Assembly: GCF_006345805.1 (NCBI RefSeq)
Contig: NC_042997.1
Span: 68,882,001 to 68,946,000 of the forward strand
Source of the DNA: Octopus sinensis
Lineage: Eukaryota
DNA: 64,000 nt
Direction: 5' to 3'
Every line of letters starts with the position of its first letter. The stretch's first letter is position 1. The position numbers and the translations under genes were made by a program. The notes under the pieces were generated by a model that was not told the origin of the DNA, ran no database searches, and was given only the letters and a program-made list of their open reading frames with translations. Shown here one piece after another: positions 53,155-64,000 of this stretch.

Positions 53155-54773
53155 CTTTTCTCTTGATATTGTATTTACCGAGCTACGCATTTTTTGCTTC
53201 GTTAGAAGGCTCAGCGCTGAGTGTTCGAATCGTTGTTTCGCATACGGGCCCTTATATTTTTGTTGTTTCCCCTCAGTAGGTGCGAGAGATGAGTGAAATG
53301 GTGCAGACATCCGAGTCTGTTGGAGCCGGGACTTGCGCTTCAGCAGCCGGCCGGCAGAAATGTGTTACCACCGTGAACCTCGATATTAGAGAAGTGGTGA
53401 TGAACGAGAGCGCATTGGAGATGAGTAAGCAGTTTGTACAGAGAGAGGGAACAAGAGTAGAGTTGACGCTACTGACGGACATCACCAACGAGCAGCGTCA
53501 GAGGATGGTGACTTGCAGAGCTGTGTCACTGAAAACCCAAAAAAGTGGAGGTGGCGAGCGAGGAGGCGATTGAAGGCTGTCTCCAAGAATTGGTGAACAA
53601 AGTAGAATTCTTCACTGGAGGAGGGAAGTACGGTGCGGTAGAGGTGCATTTTTCCACCATAGAGGAGGCGAAGAGGCACTCCGCGACGCCACTGAGAAGC
53701 GAAGAGTGGGTGCTAACATATATCGGTGGGCGTGTTGCAAGAGTCAGGATTGGCAGGGTACCCCTCGAGATCGAAGAAATGTAACATGTGGATGTAATTC
53801 TGGCTGGGACGGAGGAAGGTCCAGTAATAATGCATGCGACTGGAACTAAGCAAGTGAAGTGTGTGGCTACGGATTGGAAGTGACAATCTAAGCCACATAA
53901 AAAGACTTAGACGGAATACGCAACGAGACTGAACTCCCAGAAGATAACGTGCTACGAGTGGTGGTAGAGGAGAGACCACTCATCTGCTACCACTGTAAGA
54001 CGAGGGCTCACATAAAAATAAATTGTCCCCAAATAAAAGAGCAACAGCCCGAAGGAGTTATCAGAAGGAGGAAAATGACTGTGAAAACACCGAAAATGTA
54101 GATGAAGTGTTACAGAAGGTAACAAGCTGGAAGTGAAGGGAACCGAGGAATTCACCTCCCAAAAAGGCAAAAAGAAAAAGAATGAAAATATAGAACATAG
54201 AAAGAAAAAAACAAACAGACATCACAACCGCCTCACTAATGCACACACGTCAGAAGAAGAAAAAAAACAGCATTGCAAACAAACCAACAACATCGAATAG
54301 GGACACACACACTCAAACAGACACACAAAATGATACACAACACGGCCAAATCACAAGGAGAAACGCATCATGCATTGTAACATACGAAAAAAAAAAGAGA
54401 AATAGATAATAGCTTAACAAAATATTAAAATATCATTAGAATAAGCCCACATAGCAGACTTACAGCAGTACAAAGCTTTAAAAGACACTTTTAAAACACA
54501 CATACTTTCATTGGGGTTAGAGGTAAGATATAACTCCCACCCACCGGTGGTAGATATCACCGAAATAGAGCCATACATTGTATGGCCAAAGGATAATTAA
54601 AAAGATCTAAAGATACAAAGAACTGAAAATTTGAAGAAACGAATAGTAACACGCAACTGCCTGAGGGTGGGGTTCGGGTAACATGTTCATCCTCATTATT
54701 ATATTCATCTCACCAAACCCTTTATGATTTTTGTCCCGACTGTGTTCGGGCCCGTGTGCCTAATAAAGAAATA
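53155..54773 (+). mobile_element. ORF1-only non-autonomous retroelement (L1/Tx1-like ORF1) with 12-bp TSD
   Basis: CGGTCGGCGAAG at 53143-53154 and 54774-54785. AATAAA at 54762 followed by GAAATA. No ORF2 motifs seen. Confidence 0.78.
53289..54040 (+). pseudogene. LINE ORF1/gag-like protein with CCHC knuckle, frameshifted
   Basis: GAVEVHFSTIEEA (RRM-like) and RVVVEERPLICYHCKTRAHIKINCP (C-X2-C-X4-H-X4-C). Confidence 0.75.
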
Positions 54774-54944
54774 CGGTCGGCGAAGGTACGCCGTTCGGAC
54801 CTGTCCTGCAGAGTCGACGAAATACGTTGTCATAACTGGACATATCAGATGGCAATTGTACTTGAAAGATAATCTAAATAATGAGATATTCTCTTAAAAT
54901 CAATTAATTTAAATGTAATTTAATTTTAATAGACAATTTAATTA

Positions 54945-55998
54945 AATGGAAAGATTTTCCTGTTAAAACTTCAATTTTTTTCTCAAAAACATTTTTGTTT
55001 TACAGAAAAAGGTTTGATAAAATGTTGAGCCTTCAAACATTATAAACTAGAATCGAAAAAATAATTAATTGGTATTTTGTTTCCCTTTTTGAAGTGCTCA
55101 TCCTATTGGCAAACATCCTGTTTTTAACCCTAACCCTAACTACTTCAATCCCCTTTTATTAACAATAGATTAACTATATCATTTCTTTTAGAAGCAGAAG
55201 TAGAAGCATTTGCTAGTGATTAAAGACGGAAGGAGACAAATAATGGAATGGAAGAGAGAAGAGAGAAAGGATGAGAGGAGAAACATGAAACAAAGTTAAG
55301 TCCAGGAGGGAGGATAATGAACTATTCAAAGAGGAAAGATGGAAGGAGGTGAATAATGGAATTAAGAAGCGAAAAGGGGGAAGAAGAGAGAAAAGGAAAA
55401 CAAGAAGAGAGAGAGATAGTGGGGAGAACATGAAAGAAAGATAGGTCTCGGAAGAATTATGATGACCTAGATGGAGAGAAAGGATTGGAAAATGGAATAT
55501 AGGAGAGAAAAGGAAAAGAAAGAGGAGAGTTTATTAAAACTATAAGTTTTTCAAAAAGTGCCACAAAATCCCAATTAAGATTTTTTAACCTTTTCCGATT
55601 CTACTTCTAACTTTCGAAGGCTCAACATTTTATTAAAGTTACATTTTTTGTATTTGTTTTTTTTTCTTTATGTGAATTCATGTGTTGAAGCATATTTTGT
55701 TGTGTCATGGGAGAGTCATTCTGTTTTAATGCCTTATTAATTAACACATATACCGGTTCGATTTCTATTAATTAATTTATTTATCTATTTTTCTCAATAA
55801 ATAAATAAATATGTAAATGAACGTAAATCGAGTCGCTGAGTGTGTTAATTTATAAGGCATTAAAGCAGAATGACTCCCCAGACACAGCAACAGTTTATTA
55901 AACCTTTTTCTGTAAAACAATTCTTTTTAGAAACATTTAAAGTTTGAACATTTTGTTGAACCATATTTCTGTAAAACAGGAAATTTTCTCCATTTAAA
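54945..55998. repeat. Nested foldback element with long imperfect inverted arms
   Basis: 54945-55065 matches the reverse complement of 55585-55640 plus 55891-55998. An inner palindrome at 55697-55890 has arms of about 50 bp. Confidence 0.7.
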
Positions 55999-56337
55999 TA
56001 TATATGTATATGTGTGTGTGTGTGTGTGTGTGTGGAGGGGTGTATGTGTGTGTGTGCGCGTGTTTGCGTGTGAGTTTCTATATATACATATATATATGTA
56101 TGTATGCATATATATGTTATATCTATTTATCTATCTATACATTCGTACATATATATACGAATGATGTTTTTGCAACTTTAATAGAAAAACGTGTGTGTGT
56201 GTGTATATATATAACCATGCGCAATATATAGTTGCTACCGATTGAATCTGCGCTTGCGCGAAGGATTGGAAAAGATATAATATAGGATGAGCACGTGTTA
56301 TTTGGTCTCTAATTTATATGTTAATGCTTTGCTGTAT

Positions 56338-56405
56338 CCGCTGATGAGAACTTCGCCTTGCAAAATATTTTATTTGTTAATTAAAGTTCGAAACCTGATG
56401 TTCGG
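56338..56405 (+). ncRNA. Hammerhead-like motif
   Basis: CCG-CUGAUGA-GAACUU..AAGUUC-GAAAC-CUGAU-GUU-CGG: perfect 6-bp stem II, short stems I and III. Confidence 0.55.
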
Positions 56406-56564
56406 CTGTAAAACATGGTAAATGTTTTTATTTTTCATTCCCTTCGAAATTGCTTTTAACTGTGGTTTGGACTGGTCTTTCTAGTATGATAGGCAACCTG
56501 TTAAGGGCTCGACTCTCCGTGTTTAAATGTACGCTAATTTTTATATAACCATGCATGTAAGCGA

Positions 56565-56698
56565 AGAAGAAGGAGAAGAAGAAGAAGAAGAAGAAGAAGA
56601 AGAAGAAGAAGAAGAAGAAGAGGAGAAGAAGAAGAAGAAGAAGAAGAAGAAGAAGAAGAAGAAGAAGAAGAAGAAGAAGAAGAAGAAGAAGAAGAAAA
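56565..56698. repeat. (GAA)n microsatellite
   Basis: Direct reading. Confidence 0.95.
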
Positions 56699-57399
56699 AT
56701 GAACTGGTACACTCTACTACTGTTGCTGATTATGATGTTGCTGTTCCTGTTGTTATTTTTGTTCTTGTTGTTTATGATCATGATGGTGATGATGATAACG
56801 ACGACGTTTGACGACTATGGCAATGCTGTTTGCCGTGGTAATGATGTTGCTAATGATTGCAATGAATAGGTTATCAGCGACTAATTAATATTTTATGCTT
56901 TCTCTATTCATCTATTAACTTCATCTGACGTACAGTTTGTTCATTTTAGAGTAATAGATGTTTTGTAGACATTATCTGAAGGGAAAGCTGTGTTGGAATA
57001 GAGGTTGAGAAGGTGTGATGCGTAGATGAAGTAAATTATTTAGAAACACTTAATAATGATTTCTGACATAGGTACAATGCCGCCACTTTATAGCCAGAAA
57101 AGTGTTTTCAAGGATATTGACCCTAGCCATAACTTACTTGTCTGCTACATGTACTTATTAAGCCAACTTGATCTGTGAGTGTCTTGAGCTTATATCGCAA
57201 GATCATATAACCAAAAGTTACCAAGGAGTTCTTTTTTTGTTTCCGACGCTAAACCAATCAATTACAAACAACATCTATGCACCAAAACTTATAATTTGCA
57301 GGAAGATACCCTGTGAGATATCTGACAACAGTTTGCTGAACTCTTTCGCGAATCAACCAGAGTAAGACCAGGAGTTCTGAAAAGTGAAATAATAATATT

Positions 57400-58690
57400 T
57401 AAAAAAAACCCAAAAAACAACTTCTCGTTGAATGGCTACCCAGAGAGGTATGAACTGCTAACAAAACTTTACAACATTGTTTTTGCAACAATCTAGTATG
57501 ATTCTCTCTTGCCTAGTTAATGATGTTACATTTCTGTTTCCAAAAAATGAAGGAACAAATAAACCACAACCCATAGTACTTTAATAGAAAGTAGCATCGT
57601 CCCACACGAACAAAAAGGGTGTAAACGTGGGTCCTATAGTTGTAAAGAAGAGCTACTCACCAATAAGATAATCTCGGAAGATTGTCACAAACAACACAAG
57701 AACTTGTCAATAGACTGGACAGACTATAAACAAGCTTTTGATAGTTTACCACACAGCTGGATTAAGAAATGTCTGGAAATGTATAAAATAGCACCTACAC
57801 TGTGAAACTTCTTATCTGTATGTATGGGATCATGGTGTACCACACTGACTGAACAGAAACAATTTTCCAGGGTAACTCTCTATTACCACTCTTCTTTTCT
57901 CTAACCTTAATACCTCTCTCGAAATTGCTCTATGATGTACAATATGGCTATAAAATGTTTGATAAAAATATAAATCATCTTTTTTAAATGGATGATTTAG
58001 AGCTCTTTGCAGAGTAACCAACAACTACACGGCTAACTAGTAATTGTTAAACAATTCAATGATGACATCAGGATACAATTTGGCCTCGTTAAATGACCAA
58101 AATCTACCTTTATCAGAGAAAAAAATGATAGCAACGTCCAATGCTAATCTTGACCAACAAAATGTCATAAAAGAGTTAGAACCAGCAGAGAGCTACAAAT
58201 ATCTAGGGGTATTTGTAGGTGATGAAATCAAGGATTCAATAATGAGGGAAAGGATCAGAAGGTAAAGTTATCGCAGGTTAAGGGCAATACTCAAGACTGC
58301 TAAATGCAAGAAGCAGGATGAAAGCTATCAAAACTTTAACCATATCAGGCGTGACTTACAGTTTCAATATCATTAACTAGTCAATTACTGAAATATGTAG
58401 TCTTGACAGAAAAATACCAAAATTGTTGACAATTGCATAGAATGCATCACCCTAAAGTAGATATAGAACGACATTACATGTCAACTAAAGAGGGTGGCCG
58501 TGTACTTTTACTACTGGAATTAGCAATGAAGATTGTCACAAATGACCAAACACCTACCTGAAAAGCTCTGATGACTGGATGTTAAAACTTGTCTTAAAGC
58601 ACGAAACATCTCTTATCCTTCACTCGCCCTAGGATGCTGGGCGTGTCTCGGCAAGTGATTGTCAGAAATATGCAGACTTAAAGTAAACAT
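57400..58690 (+). mobile_element. Decayed R4/Dong RT fragment ending in (AAC)/(AAT)n
   Basis: EQKGCKRGSY, DYKQAFDSLPHSWI, MDDL, YKYLGV, MHHPKVDIER, EGGR. Confidence 0.8.
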
Positions 58691-58736
58691 CAACAACAAT
58701 AACAACAACAACAACAACAATAACAACAACAAAAAC

Positions 58737-58800
<64 letters not shown>

Positions 58801-59233
58801 GAGAAATTAAGGCCAACAGACCAGATATAGTTGTCAGAGATCATGAAGAAAAAAAATGCTTTCTAATTGATGTATCAATACCGGCAGATGACAACGTGTC
58901 TCTAAAAGAAATGGAGAAACTTTCAAAATACAAAGACCTGGAAATGGAGGTAACCAGAATGTGGAATCTAAAAACAGAAACAATTCCTATCATAGTAGGT
59001 GCATTAGGCATGATAAAAAATATTCAGACAAATACATAACAAAAACACCAGGACTTAAAAACACATATAACATACAGAAAATTGCACTACTAGGCACTGT
59101 ACGCATCCTACGCAGAATACTTTCCATACAATAACCATCAGAGCATCACAACAAATCACAGCACATACCCAAGGCACACAGAGCTGCGCTCGGTAGTGAA
59201 GTGAAAGCACGCTATAAAAAATAAAACTACTGA
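58801..59233 (+). mobile_element. Short 5'-truncated family A R4 copy in (TAA)n
   Basis: Near-identical to 19544-19975. TAA on both flanks. Confidence 0.93.
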
Positions 59234-59559
59234 ATAATAATAATAATAATACTTTTTACCTTCAAGGACTGGCTCATTTCTTACATGTAAGCAAGAGTGC
59301 TGATTTTATAATGTTCACATATTTGTCAATGTAAATACTGTCCTACTCTATCGTGGTTACTTTTGTATTCGTTTGGTATCAGCACAGAACATCCCAATAC
59401 GAGATGATCTATTGTTTCTTCAAATGTATCGCAGAATCTGCATTTAGTGTCAGAAAGGAATGCACGTGATAAAAATAAGATTACTAAATAATAATTGTTG
59501 GCATCTTTTTGTCTCGGGAGACAATGGAGTTGCGCATAAAATAATCCAGTCTCCTTTTT

Positions 59560-61790
59560 ACATTTTTTGCCATTTACATCTCCTGCTGTGGATGTGTAGC
59601 CCTATCCTGGACAAACATTCCCCCTGACAGGTGACGCAGATGTAGAGAAGGCTTTCTTGTCTTTCTTGTCTTTCCATTTCTCCTCTCTCCCTTTGTTGCT
59701 CCTTTGTATTCCGTCATCTTTGGTGCGTCGCCAATCTCCACAGTTGTTGGTAACCGCTTCCCAGTTGCTAATATCGATGTCGCAGGCCTTCATGTCCCTT
59801 TTGCAAACATCCTTGTAAGAACGGTCTTCTAACACACCTAGTGCCCCTAGTAAGCTCTCCGTAGAGTATGTCTTGGGGGATTCTGCCATCTTCCATGCGA
59901 GTAACATCTCCAAGCCATCTCATATGTCTTTGTGTGAGTAGTAGTGCAAACATGCTTGGTATTCCTGCTTGCTTCAGGACATTTTTGTTGGGGACACGAT
60001 CCTGCCATTTGATGCCAAGGATTTACGCGTATATGGCGTCGAGGTCTCACTGCCATACAGTAGAGTGCTAAGTACACATGCCTGGTAAATCTTCATTGTT
60101 GTGGTCTTGGTCAGCTTATTGTTTCCCCATGCCTGTTTGGAGAGTTGGGCCAACACAGCAGCTGCCTTGCCAATTCGTATATTGAGCTCGGCATCAAGGG
60201 CTAGGTTGTAGATAAAGGTAGAGCCAAGATAGGTAAACTTCTCCACCTACTGTAGCTTGTGGTCTCCAATATGTATGTTTGGTATGTCCAATGTAGCCTG
60301 ACCCATGATGTTAGTCTTCTTGAGGCTGATAAATATATGAACATTTGCAGGGCTTCTTCTGGGTGTGATACCAGAGCAGCAGCAGCAGCGAAGAGCATTT
60401 CTTTGATCGGGACGCTTCTGATTTTGGTCTTGTCACACAGACGCGAGATACTGAACAGTTTCCCGTCACTTTTACTGTACAGAAACACACCATCATATGA
60501 TATCTCAAAGGCATGTGACAGCAGCAGGAAGAAGATGTCAAATAATGTAGGAGCAAGGACACAGCCTTGCTTTATTTGGAAGGCAGCTGATGTTGAACCA
60601 TTGTGCTGTATGGTGCCTTGCATATAATCATGGAAAGATTTGATGATCCTCAGCAGCTTTGGTGGACATCCGATTTTTTGAAGCAGGATGAAGAGGCCTT
60701 TTATACTTACCAAGTCAAAGGCCTTTGTCAGATCAATGAAGGCCATATTTAATGGCATTTTCTGCTCTCTGGACTTCTGAAGTTGGCGTATGGAGAATAT
60801 CATGGTAATAGTTGATCTGCTTCTTCTAAAGCCAAACTGCAATTCTGGATAAATTCGAGAAGCAAGCAGTTGTAGCCTGGTCAGGATTACGCGAGCAAAG
60901 GTCTTTACAACAGTGCTGAGAAGAAATATTCCGCGGTAATTGTTGCTATCACTACAGTCACCTTTGTTTTTGTAAAGCGTAATGATGTTAGCATCATGCA
61001 TATCCTGAGGGACTGTACCCTCTTCCCAGCAATGACACAGAAGCTCATGAAGATGTTGAAGCAGGGCGGTGTTTCTGCCAATACCTATTTGCACAGCGTC
61101 TGGCAGTCAGATTTACTTTTTGCCTTTCTGAGTTCTTCGATTTTCTTTGTAGAAGAATCACTCTTGTATTGCATCAGAGCTGCGCGCTTTGCTTCGATAA
61201 CTGGGTCCAACTGCCGTCCATAGAGAGCCCACCACTGAATCAATCTGGGTTATGCCTTTCGCTCATACCGAAAATATCTATTGATGTGGTATACAAAGCT
61301 TCTCGGATATAATTCCACCTACATTCAGCAGAGGAGGATGGGCAGCTACTGAAGGTAGCCTTGACCGAAATAGCAAAATGTTTCCGCAGTGTAGGGTCCG
61401 AAGTTCTAGCAGTGTTAATGCGTGGTCGACCCATTTTCTTGGAGTGATAGACTTTTTTTAGGCAGAATTATCACCCTGCTGCTAATTACTGAATGATCTG
61501 TGTCACAATCCGCACTGTGGTAACTACGGGTCAGTTGGACAGAATTCAGAAAGGTTCCTCATGTGATGACGTGATCTGCTGCCAGTGATGAGATCTTGGA
61601 TGTCTCTAAGAAGCCTTGTGAGATGGCTTGTTGGCAAAAAATGTGTTGGTGATGCACAGGTTATAGTATGTGCAAAATTCAAGCAGTCTCTGACCATTGT
61701 CATCCATTATTGCCAATACCAAAATGTCCGACAGAAATGGGTCATATTTTACTAATTTCAAACTGAGACAATAATAAAATAATAAAATTA
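59560..61790 (-). mobile_element. Decayed, internally deleted RTE LINE (different family)
   Basis: WEEGTVPQDMHDANIITLYKNKGD, NYRGIFLL, FIDLTKAFD, KQGCVLAP, FTYLGS, and an SRIGL-type finger remnant near 59600. Confidence 0.85.
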
Positions 61791-61902
61791 AGTGCATAGT
61801 GCACACCTCTATCAAACTACGACGACTGACAAAAAAAACAATAAATACTTAAGGCAAAGAAAATATTAAATACAATGAAATAACCCTGTCTACACAATTT
61901 AT

Positions 61903-62030
61903 GAAGGCGCATGTTCCAGTGGTTAAAGCATCGGGCTCACACACATGAGCTAATGAGATCAATTCCCGGATCGGGCCCCACCACCATCACTTGTCAACCG
62001 GGGTTGGTTCATCTTCGACACCATAAACTA
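61903..62030 (+). mobile_element. tRNA-SINE head fragment
   Basis: GAAGGCGCATGTTCCAGTGGTTAAAGC, related to 50021. Confidence 0.5.
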
Positions 62031-62121
62031 AGAATATAAAATACTTTGGTCAATTTTACGAATTAAATTGTTTAAGTTTAGGGTAAAAGATACATATACA
62101 CACGCACACACATACATACAT

Positions 62122-62154
<33 letters not shown>

Positions 62155-62155
62155 T

Positions 62156-62213
<58 letters not shown>

Positions 62214-62265
62214 TATACTTATGTATATGTGTGTATGTATGCATATATATATATATTCATTCACA

Positions 62266-62303
<38 letters not shown>

Positions 62304-62444
62304 CACATACACATATACTATGTTCGCATGCCCAGTAGTTTTTTCTACTCTAGGCACAAGGCCCGAAATTTTGGAGGAGGGCGCCAGTCGATTAGATCGA
62401 CACTTGTACGCAACTGGTACTTAATTTATCGATCCCGAAAGCAT

Positions 62445-62815
62445 GCTCGTAAGTGTGCTGCAACTTCGTCTATTTGAGGTGCCCGTGCCACTAGAAACAT
62501 TGCGTACGACACATTTCTTCGTCGCCGTAAGCTTACCGAAGTATGCTCAGTGTCTCTGCAGCAGACTACCCAAGTTTAACCTAAAATTTCACGTTGGCTC
62601 TTTGTTCCAATTTCCTGTCCGTGACAAAAATCGCAAACTACAGTATACACGGAACATCAAACACAAATTTCACAACCTGCGAGATAAAATCAGCGATATG
62701 ACTTGGCACACTGCTCCATAAAGGTCACTGTTAGCTCTCACTGCGCACGCAACAGTGTGCTGCCATCTGTTGACGCGCCACAGAACTGTCCCGGGAAATT
62801 ATTGATACCACCTCA
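62445..62815 (-). mobile_element. Mariner 5' fragment (different family)
   Basis: TIR-like GAGGTGGTATCAATAA, then EQRANVKF*VKLG*SAAET..AYGDE (helix-turn-helix N-terminus). Confidence 0.75.
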
Positions 62816-62822
62816 CACATAC

Positions 62823-62874
<52 letters not shown>

Positions 62875-62887
62875 TATATATATATAG

Positions 62888-62942
<55 letters not shown>

Positions 62943-63010
62943 TAAATATATATATATATACATATATATATCACTATATAAGTATATACATACATACACA
63001 CACATACACA

Positions 63011-63053
<43 letters not shown>

Positions 63054-63435
63054 GTACAGTCACAAATATAGGTATATCTTAGTTGAGGTTAGCGAGGTGA
63101 TGGCGGTTGCTCCGGTTACAAGAGAAGTGTGTAGTTTATCTGTTGTTTGTAGGCCACCCTGTAACTTGATATTCGCTCTCGCGTCCGGCCAACAAATCAA
63201 ATTAGTCCAAAACAGGCTGTTATAATGGCAATCTCAGGTACACATGAGTTCGCACTACCACTTATCTATCAGATCATAAATAAACATGTACACAGAAAGC
63301 ACACGCACTCGCCCACACACGCTTGTGTATATTCATATATATATATATATATACACCCAACGATGCATACATACATACATACATATGTACTTGCATACAT
63401 ATATACATACATATATACATACATACATACATACA

Positions 63436-63466
<31 letters not shown>

Positions 63467-63665
63467 GTACATACATACATATATATGTACTTGCATGTAC
63501 CTTTATATAAATATATATCTGACTATGGATGCATGAGTGTATATGCGTGTATGTGTGTGTATGTATACGCTTCTGTCTCTGCCTCTCTGTCTGTCTGTCT
63601 CTGTCTGTCTGTCTCTGTCTGTCTGTCTGTCTGTCTGTATCTCCCTCTCTCTCTCTCTCTCTCTC

Positions 63666-63698
<33 letters not shown>

Positions 63699-64000
63699 AT
63701 ATAAGCGCTTGGTTGTTCACTTGAAGCATTGTGATATCGAAGAATATGAACAGAGAGAAAATAGACATCTAGCAGTGCGAAAAGTTTAATAAAACCTCTA
63801 ATATATTTCGGGCTCGAAGTTCCGTTTTCAGAAGGAAAGAACAGTCTAAGAAAAGTACTGTTATGTAGGATCCGTTAATTCATGCAAACTTTACAGCATT
63901 TATGCAACAGCAGCAATCGCTCCCTAAACGTTGGTGTAACCGACATCCCACGCATTTTGTAAACCAATGTTTCTCAACAAGAGTTCATATAGCCCCTCAG

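Noticed and set aside
55125-55140. AACCCTAACCCTAAC telomere-like repeat
   Set aside because: Only about two units inside a repeat element; not an interstitial telomere array.
261-63789. Numerous ORFs rich in YI, HT, YVCM, poly-I, poly-L or poly-K
   Set aside because: They are translations of TA, CA, ATGT, TAA and GAA microsatellites or SINE interiors, not genes.
63795-63840. Hammerhead-like remnant on the minus strand (CUGAAAA..GAAAU AUA)
   Set aside because: The core and stems are too degraded to support a call.

Overview
This is eukaryotic, repeat-dominated genomic DNA. The SINE families and microsatellite landscape suggest a coleoid cephalopod, probably Octopus; that is an inference. I cannot support any intact host gene, rRNA, tRNA gene or CRISPR array. 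Most of the ORF track is microsatellite translation. The window is built from decayed and nested mobile elements: R4/Dong-clade non-LTR retrotransposons (RT plus CCHC knuckle plus PD..D restriction-like endonuclease), a full-length but broken RTE LINE with three C-terminal C2H2 fingers, other RTE remnants, irritans-type mariners (one nested in a DD41D element), non-autonomous Helitrons, tRNA/CORE SINEs, and Penelope-like remnants with hammerhead ribozyme motifs. Four observations stand out. (1) Two R4 lineages appear to use different microsatellites: one sits in (TAA)n and forms a head-to-tail chain at 13.4-21.5 kb, the other is flanked by (TACA)n. (2) A 1.6 kb ORF1-only retroelement has a poly(A) signal and a 12-bp TSD. 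(3) A Helitron head-to-tail CTAG|TC junction is consistent with rolling-circle concatemer formation. (4) Several hammerhead-like motifs are present. Coordinates of decayed elements are approximate.
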